This document shows, in pieces, positions 19,117-32,200 of a DNA stretch of 64,000 bases (the first letter of the stretch is position 1; each line of letters starts with the position of its first letter). The DNA lies in the IMG/VR virus record IMGVR_UViG_3300021376_000006, one strand, 5' to 3'. This DNA comes from a virus. Lineage: Duplodnaviria; Caudoviricetes. Below the pieces are notes generated by a model that worked only from the letters and a program-made list of their open reading frames with translations, had not been told where the DNA came from and ran no database searches. The translations under genes and the position numbers were made by a program.

Positions 19117-19497
19117 ATGGCTCTAATAAGATACAAAGGTTTTAGCACGATTGATCAGAACAAAAAGTTTCGATTAACTGATGCTGAATTAATCAAGCGT
19201 GATTTACTAAATCATTTTGCTATCAGAAAAGGCGAAAAATTAATGAACGCCAATTTTGGTAGCATTATTTGGAGTCTGTTGTTTGAACCTTTGACCGCGG
19301 ACGTTAAAGCTTTAATTGTAAATGATATCAATGGAATTGTAAATTCGGATCCTAGAATCCGAGTAGATAATGTGCTGGTTGATCAGCTAGACATAGGTCT
19401 ACAAATTCAGGTTGACATCACTATTCTGCCTGATAATTATAGCGATAGTATCAATTTACAGTTCAATCGCGAACTTAACACTGTAGTAGCTGCATAA
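19117..19497 (+). CDS. gp25: Baseplate wedge subunit (T4 gp25-like)
   Basis: IKRDLLNHFAIRKGEKLMNANFGSIIWSLLFEPL...DPRIRV. Start moved from 19000 to ATG 19117. Confidence 0.9.
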   Translation: MALIRYKGFSTIDQNKKFRLTDAELIKRDLLNHFAIRKGEKLMNANFGSIIWSLLFEPLTADVKALIVNDINGIVNSDPRIRVDNVLVDQLDIGLQIQVDITILPDNYSDSINLQFNRELNTVVAA

Positions 19498-19517
19498 AAA
19501 TACCACTTTATAATTTC

Positions 19518-19525
19518 TATAAATA
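19518..19525 (+). promoter_or_regulatory. T4 late promoter (perfect TATAAATA)
   Basis: Exact consensus 22 nt upstream of the gp6 ATG; gp55 is encoded in the window. Confidence 0.75.
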
Positions 19526-19546
19526 CTAGAACAAGGTATTTTTGAC

Positions 19547-22500
19547 ATGGCTATTACTACAAGACAAACCAGTTTACTAGTTCAACAAGATTGGACTAAA
19601 ATCTATCAAACTTTTAGGGAAGCTGATTTTCAGAGTTTTGATTACGAAACTTTACGAAAATCAATGATTGAATATCTACGTACTTACTACCCCGAAGATT
19701 TCAATGATTACACAGAAAGTTCTGAATATATTGCCCTAATAGATCTAATAGCTTTTTTAGGACAAAGTTTAGCTTTTAGAGCCGACCTTAACGCTAGAGA
19801 AAATTTTATAGATACGGCCGAACGTAGAGACAGTATTCTAAAGTTGGCTAGATTAGTAAGTTATAATCCCAAGCGCAGTGTGCCTGCGTCGGGCTTTTTA
19901 AAGTTTGACAGTGTAAGTACTACAGAAGCGGTGTTTGACAGCACAGGCATCAATTTAAGCAACATTGTTATAAACTGGAACGACAGTACCAACGAAAACT
20001 GGCTAGAGCAATTTACTGCTGTACTTAATGCGTCATTGGTAGCAACACAAGCAATTGGCAAGCCGGGAGCAACAAAAAGTTTAAGCGGAGTTAAAACCGA
20101 CGAGTACACCATTGATGTAATCAGTGGAATAACACCAACATATCCGTATTCTGCTGCTATTGCAGGTGTTACTTATCCATTTGAAATTGTAAGTGCTACC
20201 AGCAACGAACAAAACTACATATATGAATCCACTCCAAGCCCTGGTGGCGCTTTTAACTTTTTATATAGAAACGACAATCAAGGCAACGCAAGCAACAACA
20301 CCGGATACTTTTTTTATTTTAAACAAGGCGAACTAAACAGTCTTGATTTTTCAATTACAGAAAGTTTGCCTAATAGAATTGTCAATATCAACTTTGACAA
20401 TATCAACAATTCAGACGTTTGGCTGTATTCAGTTTCCTCAAGCGGTAATGTAAGCGAACTCTGGACGCAAGTACCTGCAGTCAATGGTATAAATGTAATT
20501 TACAACAATTTTGAGGAAAGAAACTTATACAGCGTTGCATCACGTGCAAATGATCAAATTGATTTAGTGTTTGGCGATGGGTCGTTTACTAATATTCCTA
20601 TAGGTAATTTTAGAATATTTTACAGAGTTAGTAATAACATCACTTACAAAATAACTCCAGACGAAATGTCCAGCATTGCAATTAACGTTCCTTATGTGGG
20701 CAGAACCGGCAGAGCTGAAACACTAACAGTAAGAGCAAGTCTTCAATATACAGTGACTAATGCTATTTCTAGAGAAAGTCTTGAGGACATACGGACCAAA
20801 GCTCCGCAACAGTATTATACTCAGAATCGTATGGTAACAGGTGAGGATTACAATGTGTTGCCCTACACCAGTTTCAACAACATGTTAAAACTCAAGGCTG
20901 TCAATCGTACTAGTTCGGGCATCAGTAGATATCTTGATGTAATTGATACTACTGGCAAATATTCAAGTACCAATATATTCGCCGAAGATGGAATAATTTA
21001 CAAAGAAGATTATCAAGAGACTGAAAATTTTCAATTCACAAGCAGCACTGAAGTAAATGCTATAGTCAGAAATACCATAAAGCCTCTGATATCGAGTATT
21101 ACAACCAGGCATTTGTATTACGACACAGCTACCAGAAACAGTCCACAAGGCACAACAATTGTGGCGACCAGCATGGTAGTAGGAACAGTTTATAAAATTA
21201 TATCAGTAGGCTCTACTACATTTACAAACTTTGGTGCTAGTGCAAACACAGTAGGCACAATATTTACTGCAACTGCTGCTGGAACTGGCAACGGCACAGT
21301 AGCAACAGTAGCGGTGTGGACTCAGACTACTAGTTCAGGCAGCAGAAGCACAGGTACATTTAATAGCCCAAATTACACATTTTTAGTACAAGGAAGTCTT
21401 GTAAAATTTGTTGCACCAGCTGGCAAATATTTTGACGCACAAAATCAACTTCAAACAGGTACTCCTAGTACAGAATTTCAAAAAACTATATTATGGGCTA
21501 GTATAATCGACTATGATAATCCTGGATTAACCGCAGTTGCTACCTTGAGTGTGGTCGTACCTACTGGTTCTATTGTGAGCGAAATAATCCCTGTATTCGC
21601 CAATGATTGGTCAGAAACGCTAATAAACAACATCATACTTCAAGTACTCAGTTATAAAACTTTTGGTTTGAGATACGATATACCAAGCAAAACATGGCAA
21701 CTGATTGAAAGCCAAAATTTAGGATCAGGTTCGTTTAGCCTTGCCAATGCAGGTAGTACCGCTGGTACAGGATTAGATAACAGTTGGTTTATAAAATTAA
21801 GTTTTGCTAATAATGAATATACTACAATCAGTCGAGGCCTGAATTATTTTTTCCAAAGCGAACGCGAAACAAGATTTTATTTTGATCCAGATATTAGAGT
21901 GTACGATAGTAGAACTGCAACTACCCTGATTGACAGTATCAAAGTGTTGCGTACCAATACAGAACCTGACAGCAGCGAAAGTCTATTTTACAGTCAAACT
22001 TACAGAATTTGGCAGAGAGCCATTGGCCCTGACGGTATAGATGATAATCGTAAAATCAAAATAACTTTTCCTGATGATAATCTTGACGAAGTGCCAGATG
22101 ATCCAGATTTGTTTGTTGAATTAGTAGCACCCACTATAAACAGTGAAAACAAGTACGTATTTTTTTTAGAAGCAACCGATCAATATAATTTTTTGCTGTA
22201 CAATCCGGTTGATCAAGCAGTTATTGTAACAGCTTATGCAGATGAAGATGAAATATTAACAAATATTTCTTTATATGCCACTGGCACCATATTTTATGCC
22301 ACCGACGAGGATATATTTTACGAATCACAAGGAATTTTGCTTAATGAAGTAAACAATTATGTTGCTCGAATTGGTCGACAAGATTTGCAATTCCAATATA
22401 AGCATAATGCTCCTAATAACAGACGCATTGACCCTAGTCCTAACAATATTATTGATTTTTACATCTTGACCAAGACTTACAGCAATGATTATTTTGCATA

Positions 22501-23137
22501 CATCACAGACACCAGTGGCAAGGTCACACAACCAGTTACTCCTTCGATTGACGAACTCAAAACAGAATTTGGTTCAATTGAACAATACAAGACTATCAGT
22601 GACAGTATAATTTACAATCCGGCAGTGTTTAAACCGTTGTTTGGTAACAAGGCTGATGCAGCACTGAGAGCAACATTTAAAGTTATTAAAAACCCAAATG
22701 TTACAATAAGTGATAACGAAATTAAAAGTCAGGTTGTAGCAGCTATCAACACTTATTTTGACATCAATAATTGGGACTTTGGGGAAACTTTTTATTTTAG
22801 TGAACTTAGTGCATATCTACACACTTCGTTGGTACCAAATGTAAGCAGTATTGTTATAGTGCCTTCAAATATTGACACACAATTTGGTACCTTGTATCAA
22901 ATTGATGCCAAACCTGATGAAATTTTAGTAAGCGCAGCAACAGTAGATAACGTACAAATTATTTCTGCTATTACAGCAGCACAACTTAATATGGCATCAG
23001 GTGGTGGCGGTGGTGGTGGCGGTGGATCATCTGGTGGTGGATCAGGTGGTGGTGGATCATCTGGTGGCGGTGGATCATCTGGTGGTGGATCGTCTGGTGG
23101 TGGATCAGGTGGTGGCGGTGGTGGAGGATATTATTAA
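19547..23137 (+). CDS. gp6: Baseplate wedge subunit (T4 gp6-like), enlarged
   Basis: DYETLRKSMIEYLR, LIDLIAF, ENFIDTAERRDSILKLARLVSY, VFGDG, QNRMVTGEDY; follows gp25. Confidence 0.9.
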   Translation: MAITTRQTSLLVQQDWTKIYQTFREADFQSFDYETLRKSMIEYLRTYYPEDFNDYTESSEYIALIDLIAFLGQSLAFRADLNARENFIDTAERRDSILKLARLVSYNPKRSVPASGFLKFDSVSTTEAVFDSTGINLSNIVINWNDSTNENWLEQFTAVLNASLVATQAIGKPGATKSLSGVKTDEYTIDVISGITPTYPYSAAIAGVTYPFEIVSATSNEQNYIYESTPSPGGAFNFLYRNDNQGNASNNTGYFFYFKQGELNSLDFSITESLPNRIVNINFDNINNSDVWLYSVSSSGNVSELWTQVPAVNGINVIYNNFEERNLYSVASRANDQIDLVFGDGSFTNIPIGNFRIFYRVSNNITYKITPDEMSSIAINVPYVGRTGRAETLTVRASLQYTVTNAISRESLEDIRTKAPQQYYTQNRMVTGEDYNVLPYTSFNNMLKLKAVNRTSSGISRYLDVIDTTGKYSSTNIFAEDGIIYKEDYQETENFQFTSSTEVNAIVRNTIKPLISSITTRHLYYDTATRNSPQGTTIVATSMVVGTVYKIISVGSTTFTNFGASANTVGTIFTATAAGTGNGTVATVAVWTQTTSSGSRSTGTFNSPNYTFLVQGSLVKFVAPAGKYFDAQNQLQTGTPSTEFQKTILWASIIDYDNPGLTAVATLSVVVPTGSIVSEIIPVFANDWSETLINNIILQVLSYKTFGLRYDIPSKTWQLIESQNLGSGSFSLANAGSTAGTGLDNSWFIKLSFANNEYTTISRGLNYFFQSERETRFYFDPDIRVYDSRTATTLIDSIKVLRTNTEPDSSESLFYSQTYRIWQRAIGPDGIDDNRKIKITFPDDNLDEVPDDPDLFVELVAPTINSENKYVFFLEATDQYNFLLYNPVDQAVIVTAYADEDEILTNISLYATGTIFYATDEDIFYESQGILLNEVNNYVARIGRQDLQFQYKHNAPNNRRIDPSPNNIIDFYILTKTYSNDYFAYITDTSGKVTQPVTPSIDELKTEFGSIEQYKTISDSIIYNPAVFKPLFGNKADAALRATFKVIKNPNVTISDNEIKSQVVAAINTYFDINNWDFGETFYFSELSAYLHTSLVPNVSSIVIVPSNIDTQFGTLYQIDAKPDEILVSAATVDNVQIISAITAAQLNMASGGGGGGGGGSSGGGSGGGGSSGGGGSSGGGSSGGGSGGGGGGGYY
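22998..23128 (+). repeat. Low-complexity GGT/GGATCATCT tandem repeat encoding the Gly/Ser tail of gp6
   Basis: Repeated ggtggtggatcatct units giving GGGGGGGGSSGGGSGGGGSSGG...GGYY. Confidence 0.9.
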
Positions 23138-23241
23138 TGGCAAATATAGTAAGAGCAAAAGAACCTAGCAATCTTGGACAGATCAATCTTGATGCAATTG
23201 GCACAAAAAACACAAACAAGTATTATAATAATTTTTTATAG
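23137..23241 (+). CDS. Unannotated 34-aa ORF (MANIVRAKEPSNLGQINLDAIGTKNTNKYYNNFL)
   Basis: TAATG coupling to the gp6 stop, GGAGG about 10 nt upstream, fills the gap before 23250. Confidence 0.4.
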   Translation: MANIVRAKEPSNLGQINLDAIGTKNTNKYYNNFL

Positions 23242-23249
23242 GATTAGTA

Positions 23250-26200
23250 ATGGCAGCTTTTAAAACTTTGCAGTTTCTACCAGAGATTTTTAGAACCGAT
23301 ACCAATAGAAAATTTCTAAATGCAACTGTAGATCAATTAGTTAGCGAACCAAATTTAATCAAGGTCAATGGTTACATTGGTAGAAAGTTAGCCCCGTCAT
23401 ATAAAGCGTCTGATAGTTATATCACGGAGCCAACCAAAGCCCGCCAAGATTACCAGCTAGAACCTAGTATCATAATTAAAAATACCAATTCGGGCGAGCT
23501 TACTTTTGCTACCACTTATACTGACATTGTAAACAAGATTAATTTTTATGGAGGATTCGGCAACAATCAAAACAGATTGTTCGATAATGAATATTATTCT
23601 TACGACCCACAAATTGATCTTGACAAGTTTGTTAATTTTGCACAATACTATTGGCTTGCTAACGGCCCTGATGCCGTTATTGTCAGTGCAAGTGCTGTGC
23701 CTCTTGAAGCAACTTATGGAGTAACATTTGACAGCACAACACAAACCTATAGATTTACTGGATTTGATAACGCTCCAAATCCAGTTATTACACTAGCTCG
23801 CGGTGGCCGATACACTTTTGTCAACAACGAACCGGGAAATAAATTTTATATACAAACCAGTCCTGGTCTATTAGGTGTAGATCCAAATGCACCTAATTTA
23901 ACAACTCGTACAGTTTTAGGAGTAACAAACAACGGCCAAGATGTTGGCGACACGGTGTTTCAAGTACCACTTGCATCTGCACAATTACAGTGGACCAACA
24001 TGCCTGTAATTGGCAACGTGAATTATGCAACCAGTCTGAGTTATCAATCATTGCAAGGCTGTTTGTTAAGCGATCTTGAAAACGTTTTAGGAGGACTTGA
24101 CGGACCAACTTCAAGTCTAGAAGACGCAACAATTATTTTTGTTAACAATGAGTTCATTGATGACATATACTGGGTAAACACAGCAAGAATACAAAACAAC
24201 ATAATTCGTTTAGATCAGGCTTCTTTAATTCCATTATCGGAAAGAAATAATGTATATCAAATTGGACTTTTTGAAGATGATCAAGGCGATGTGAGAATAT
24301 ATCTCACAAACAAATTGAGTGTTAGTAACGAACAAAAAGTGAGAATTAAAGCCGGTATAACAAATGCTGGTAAAGAGTTTTATAGTAGACTAGATCTTTA
24401 CAATCAGGTACCAGCGATCACTGCTCCGATAAATTTATTATTTTATCAAAGCGACCAAACTGACAGCGCAGTAGGTGCAATTCAGCTGATTGACCCTAGT
24501 GCTGCACTCATTGATCCGGATTTAGAAATAATAGGACAACGTACATATACCAGTCCTGGTGGTGTGGTGTTTACCAACGGATTAAAAGTAACATTTGACT
24601 CAACAGTTTCTGCCCCTTATGCTAACAACACATATTATGTAGAAGGAGTTGGCACCAGTATAACATTGATGTTGGTTAGCAATCTTATTTGCCCTGAACT
24701 AAATGATGATTTATCTTTGCCAGATTATCTTACCATTAATCGAGGCAGTCTTGATTTAAACGGATGGGCAAGAAGTAACAGGTGGTTTCATGTGGCAGTG
24801 ATAGCAGCCACCGCTAATTATAATGGCACTGATTTATTTCTTGATCAAAACTATAGAGCACAACGACCAATTATTGAATTTAAACCCAATTTACAGCTAT
24901 TTAATTTTGGAACAGAATCCAAAAATCCTGTTGATGTTCTTGATAATATTATTACAAATGCTTACACACAAGTTCAAGGTGTACTGTGCGCTTCCACTTC
25001 GCAAGTTACTATCACCGTGGATGGCGAAACTGTAACATTCAACGATGGCGACAGAATTATTTTTAGTCAAGATGAAAATCTGGATGTTAGAAATAAAATT
25101 TATGATTTTTCTATTGAGCTTACAACAGAAGCACCAGACCCGCTGGAATACAGAGCCTTTATACAAGAAGCATCGGATGCTACAGTAGAAGAAAGCCAGA
25201 CGATTATAGTTAAAAGCGGTGCCAATGGACCTAAACAATGGTATTTCAATGGCACCATATGGATTGAAGCACAGCAAAAAACAGCAGTTAACCAAGCGCC
25301 ATTATTTGATCTAATAAACTTAGAAGGCATTAGTTTTGGTACCAATTCAGTATATCCTGGTAGCACATTCGCCGGAAGTAAAATATTTTCTTACAAAATT
25401 GGAACTGGTAGTAATGATAGTGTGTTGGGTTTTCCGTTAAGTTACAAAAATCTAGTCACACAAGGTGACATACAATTTGAAAATAATTTTGATTACGACA
25501 CATTTTCCTATATTTTAGATGCTGGTGTAACAAGAACAATATCAGTGAACGCCGGATTGATACAACAAAACCTATCAAGAATCACCAGCACAAGATTAAA
25601 CACCTGGGTAATTAATTCAAATTTCAGTAAACAATATCAAATTTTTAATTTTACTTACGACGGATCTACAAATTTATTTCCAGTTGATATTTTACCTGAC
25701 ATCAGCGTATCAGTACCCAATATCAAGGTTGTTATTAACAACGTGCCTGTGCCAGCTGGACAGTTTGCTTTGACAAAAGTGGTTGACAAATTGGCAGTAT
25801 TGATCAATCCTTCATTATTGGCAACAAATGATGTGGTGTTTATAAGTATCTGGAACAGTTCTACTGCATCTACGCAAGGTTTTTATCAGGTTCCTTTGAA
25901 TTTTGATATTAACAGTCTTAACACCGATCTTGAAACATTGACACTAGGACAGATGAGAAATCATCTGACAGAATTTAAAAATAACAGTTTAGATATTGTA
26001 GGAGAGGTGCCAGGATACAGCAATTTGAGAGATATAGATTTTTCAAATCGAGGCGGCAGCATTTTACAACATAGTGCTCCTATTATTTACGCAGGGTTAT
26101 TTTTAAATCACCCTGAGATGAATTTTGTTGACGCACTACGGTTAGCATCAAAAGAATATTCGCAATTCAAAATAAAATTTTTAGAAGCCGCCGCAAATCT

Positions 26201-29200
26201 AGAATTAGATAGAACAAATATTGCTGCCTGTGTTGACACTATCATGTCAACACTCAATAGTGTTAAAAATGACACTTTCCCTTATCATTACAGTGATATG
26301 GTACCGTACGGTGAGGACGAAAGAGTGGCACTGCCTAGCTACACAGTTTTTGACACAGATATAAGAGCATATGAAATCACAAGAATATTTGATGATGCCG
26401 CAGTTAGTAATAAGGCAGTTTTTATATACTTAACAAGGCAACTAAACGGCACAGTAAGCACTACATTACTGGTCAAAGGACAAGATTATTATTTTGATCA
26501 AACTCGACCTGCTGTTGTAATCCAAGATTCTTTCAATTTATTATATAATGATATTATTAGTATTGTAGAATTTAACAACACAGACGGCAGTTATGTGCCC
26601 GAAACTCCAACCAAACTAGGATTATATCCAAAATATGTGCCTGAAATCTTTACAGACAATACATATCGTACACCTATTCAAGTTATTCAAGGGCATGATG
26701 GTAGCTTAACACCAGCATTTGGGGACTTTAGAGACAGTTTATTACTAGAATTAGAACGAAGAATTTATAACAATATCAAAGTTGAATACAACATTTTAAA
26801 TTTTAACATAAACGATTACGTTCCTGGTAAATTTAGATTGTTAGATTACAGCAGACAAGAATTCAATCAACTGTTGAGCCAAAATTTTTTACAATGGGTT
26901 GGAACCAACAGAGTTGATTTTACAACCAACAACACATTCAAAGCAAGTGATCCTTTTACATGGAACTACAGAAAATTTAGAGATGTAGTCAATGGCGAAT
27001 CATTAACTGGCACTTGGCGCAGTGTATTTAGATACTTTTTTGACACCGACAGACCACATACCCATCCTTGGGAAATGCTGGGATTTAGCGAAAAACCCAG
27101 TTACTGGGACGATCGGTACGGGCCAGCGCCTTATACTGGGGGTAATCTTGTTTTATGGGGTGATTTAGAATCAGGATACATTCATGCAGGCACTCGTGCC
27201 GGCGTAGATTTAAGATACAGTAGGCCAGGACTGACACAAATAATTCCAGTAGATGACAGCGGCAACCTAAGGAAAACTAGCGAATTTTTAGTCACTGATT
27301 TTGACAGTGCAGCCGCTAACACCAGTTTTGCAGTAGGAGACATTGGTCCTACTGAATTGGCGTGGCGTCGTAGCAGTGACTTTCCATTTGCTATGCAATA
27401 TGCACTTGCAATTGGCAAACCAGCTAGATATTTTGCTTTGTTGGGAGATGTTCGACACTACTTTAGAAGTAACACCACAGGTCAGTTTGTCGACACAGTA
27501 GATAACAAACATATTCAACCTAACATTTTGAGAGTCAATGGATATATTGACATGGATGACACAGTTGAGCGTAGTGCTGGATATATCAACTGGATCAGAG
27601 ATTACCTTAAAAATATTGGCATAAATGATGCCGGAACAATTATCAAAAATAACTTAGAAAGAATGACGGTACAATTATCATACAAGATGGCCGGTTATTC
27701 TGACAAAAGATTTTTAGAATTGCTAGCGGAACAAGTTAGTCCTAGCAGTATAAACGACAGTGTAGTTATTCCTGAAGAAAACTACAGTATAGAATTATAC
27801 AAGGGTGCGCCACTTAACAAAATTGTGTACTCTGCTGTTATTATAGAAAAATCAGTAAACGGATATACTGTAAGCGGATACGATACAACTAATCCTTATT
27901 TTTATATTGTTCCTAGTTTACCTAACAACAACGCCTATGTGATAGAAGTGGATGGCCAACGAGGCACAATTTTTAGGGATTTTAAAACACAACGATATAC
28001 TATTCCTTACGGTTTTGAATTTAATACAAAACAGCAAGTTGTTGATTTCTTAGTCAGTTATCAAAGATTTTTGATAGCACAAGGTTTTGTGTTTGAAGAT
28101 AGAGATAATTTACTCAACGAGAAAAAAGATTGGGTACTAAGTGCCAAAGAATTTTTACACTGGTCTAAGCAAGGATGGCGTACAGGAAACATTTTTGTTT
28201 GTAGTCCTGTGTCTACTTCGATTAAAGTATTTAATGAAACAGCAGTTGTTGACGAAATAAAAAATACACCAAACAGTAGCCGAGTGCTTGATATTAATTA
28301 TCAAGCAATAAAGAAAAACAATTTTACAATTATACGAGACAGTAATTTATTTACGTTTAACTCTTTATTAAATCAAACTATTGGGCTGGCCGAATTTAAT
28401 CTAGTGCAATATGAACACTTGTTACTACTTGATAATACCACGGTGTTTAGAGATGTCATTTATGTTCCTGAAACTGGTAATAGACAATATAGATTAAAGT
28501 TAGTTGGAGCTAAAACACAGTTTTGGAACGGAAGTTTAGAACTACCTGGCTATATCTACGGCAGTGACAAAACAGACGAATGGCAACCGGGCCAAGACTA
28601 TCTCAAAGGGTCTTTGGTATCTCATAAAGCTAGAATTTACACTGCAATTGAAAACATAAGTGCAGCAGATCAATTTCAGACTGCATCATGGAAGCAATTG
28701 GGATTGAATGAATTACAATCTGGCGTTATAAACAATTTTGCAACAAATGCCAAACAATCTTTGCAGTATTATGACATAAACGATCAACCAATTGATGAAC
28801 AAGTCCAGCTGTTTAGTAATGGATTGATAGGCTTCAGACCCAGACAATATTTTACAAATCTTGGTATCGACATTGTCACACAGTCAAAATTCTACCAAGG
28901 ATTAATCAAACAGGGAGGAACGGCTAACGCTATAAATGCATTACGAGGAGCTCAGTTTAATAATCTAAATACAGAATTAAATTTTTATGAAAATTGGATG
29001 ATGCGAGTCGGCGAATATGGCTCATTAGATATAAATCAATACTACGAATTTTTATTATCTGATTCTGTATTTGATAATAACCCTGCTGTTTTTCAACTGT
29101 CAGATGGTACCGTTGCTACACAAACTGATATTGCCGTTTTTGATCAGACTAGTACATATAAGTTGAGTGGTGCATTTAACCCCAATTTTTTACGAGTTGA

Positions 29201-32200
29201 GGATAACAGTCAATCAAAAGAACTAAGACCTTTGCCTACTGCTGGTTTTGTGAACTTAGATGACGTTGATGGAACAATTTTTGATATTCAAGATTATGCC
29301 AGTTATGCAGACATAGTTGATAATATGTCGGTTGGATTTACATTATGGACAGCCAGAGATTTTGATAAACAATGGAATGTGTATAGATGCTGTAATGTAC
29401 CTGGACTGGCGTTTATACTCAGATACAACACCGAATCTCAAGCTGAACTAGTAATAAGTGCCGAACATGGTTTAGAAGAAAACGACTTAATTGCATTAAA
29501 AAACTTTGATCCCAGATACAACGGAATTTATCGTGTAAATGCAATTATTGATTCCACTAGATTTTTAATTACAATTTATAATAATTTACAAGATTTAATT
29601 GACGCCGAGGCAGTTATTGCTAACGGTATTGTTTATAAGTTACAAAGTAGTAAATTAGCAACACCAACTGCTGTCATCGAGTCGACCCCCAACTCAGGAT
29701 GGGCAGTAAATGACAAAGTTTGGATTGAAAATTTAGACAATGAAGGTAACTGGGGTGTCTATACTAGAACAGATCCGTGGGAGTATCAAAACAGAATTCA
29801 ACTAGGCGAAAGTCAATATGCCGGCAATGATCATTTTGGTCGTAGCATAGCATTGGACAATTCACCTCTGTATCTATTTGGAGGAGCCCCGGACAGTTCA
29901 AATGGTCGTGTCAGCATATATGCACGAAATTCTAATAATGGGTGGGACAGCTATGGTTTTTTATGGGGCAACAACCCAGTATTAGACAGTTTTGGTAAAG
30001 TCCTAGCAACTGCCACTGTTGGAAGCAGTAACTTCTTGGCTGTTTCTGCCAGCGATTCTGGCAGTAAACAAGGCGTTGTTTATGTATTTGAAAATCAAGT
30101 TTTAGTTCAAATTTTGGCCGATGTCAGCGGTACAGCGGGCGATGAATTTGGGGCATCATTGTCAATGGGCGACGATGCCAAGTATCTTTATATCGGAGCA
30201 CCAGGTGCTAATAAGGTGTACTGTTACGCACTAAATTACCCAAGAGAAGAGGTCACGCAAAACTTAATTGGTTCTACAGGAGTGGCTACATTTAATTTAA
30301 GTTTTGCTGCTGCAGATGCCAGTGACATTATTGTTACTGCTCCGCTGAGAGCAGCGGAATATTTCCCGGGAATAGATTATACCACAGCAAGTGGTCCAGA
30401 TAGAATTATTTTTACAGTTGCTCCTTCCGATGGAGATAGAATAACAGTACAGAAAAGAACCTATCATTACACACTGTTAGATACTCTTCCCGTATCTTCA
30501 GAATCTGCAGTAGGCAGTCAATTTGGTTCCGCCGTAGTTAGTAACAGTGATGGATCTACAATTGCAGTAGGAGCCAAGTCCACTATTGTCGATGGTTTAA
30601 ATGAAGCTGGAGCGGTGTATCTGTATCATAGAACCACAACTGAGTTCGTAACCAATGGTTTAACAAATACATTCACACTGCCAGATAATTTAGGCAATGT
30701 ATTTTACGTGTATTACAATGATGTACTATTAACCAATGGAACTGATTACTATTTAATTGGAACAAACATAGTGCAATTTGCTGGATTTAATATTCCGCCA
30801 GCTGGAAATAGACTTGTGGTTGAGAGCAATCAATTTATATTAGACCAAATCATTTATCCACAAACAGTTGGTAGTGCAGGAGGGTCTTTTGGAGCCCAGT
30901 TGTCTATGTGTAACAGCGGTTGCAACCTCTACGTTTCTAGTCCTGCTTACTTAGAACCAAATTATAGATTTGGATTGGTTACTCGATTCGTCAATGCAGG
31001 ACGAGTTTACGGTACAGTAACAGGAACAGTAATCGGCCCCACTGTTACAATAGGCGAAACTATTGTAATTAACAATCGTGTGGTGACCTTTACTGGAACC
31101 AGTCTAGCATCAGTTGTTTCTGCTATTAATGGAGCAAACATTCCTGGAGTGACTGCATCCATAAGTTATAACAAAATCAAGATTGACAGCGACGTAGTGG
31201 TAGCCGCCAATCGTTTGAATATAGTATCGGGAAACACAGGTACTCCATTGATAGATCTTGGAATTGACGACTACAAATTTGTACAAATTATTCGTCATCC
31301 TGACACCTTGGGCGAAACTTTTGGAGCTACATTAAAAGTTGATCAAGCAAGCGGAACATTGGCTATCGGAAGTGACGGTGCAGATATATCTATTCCAATT
31401 GACATCGACTCGACTCTTGCAATACCTACTTTGTTTGATAGTGGGGGTACCAAGTTTGTAGATCAAATCAGTGACAGCGGTGCTGTCTACATCTACAATC
31501 TAATGAACAATCCGTATGAGGATGTAGATAATCCGTCATTGTTTGCTTTTACACAAAAGCTACTTGGCCCAAATCTTGACACTGGGTTTAACTTTGGTGC
31601 AGCAATTGACTTGAGATCTGATTATTTAATTGTCGGGGTATCCAATGATTACAACATTGTAACCGAAGGCGGAAGTTTATATTACTACTACAATCAAGAC
31701 GCTACGTCTGGGTGGACATTGACTAGATACAAAGAACCAAGAGTAGACATTGGGGCAGTAAATAGTGCATTTCTTTATAATACTGTGTCTCAAAACATAC
31801 TAGACTTTTTTGATTATTTGGATCCAGTAAAAGGTAAACTGTTAGGTGCAGTAGAACAAGAACTTGATTTTAAAGAAGATTATGATCCTGCAAGCTACAA
31901 CAGATCAAATAGAACAAACACAATCAATAACACAAATTTTTACTGGTCTGATCGCCAGGTTGGTAAAACATGGTTAGACTTGTCATTAATGAGTTTTATT
32001 GATTACGAGCAAGGCATTTTACAATACAGAGTCAAAAATTGGGGTAGCCTGTTCCCAGGTAGCCAAGTTAAAATATATGAATGGGTAGAAAGCAATTTCT
32101 TACCTAGCCAATACGCCACCAGTGCAGGAGATGGAATAGCTAGATATCCGGATGACACAGCTTACAGTTCTGTTACAGTGGTAGATCCAGCAACTGGTAT

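Noticed and set aside
22998-23128. Possible CRISPR array or DGR repeat
   Set aside because: Short in-frame tandem codon repeats with no unique spacers; no cas or RT gene in the window.
22986-23219. His-rich antisense ORF (HHHLIHHQ...)
   Set aside because: It is the reverse complement of the Gly/Ser GGT repeat in gp6; no independent evidence.
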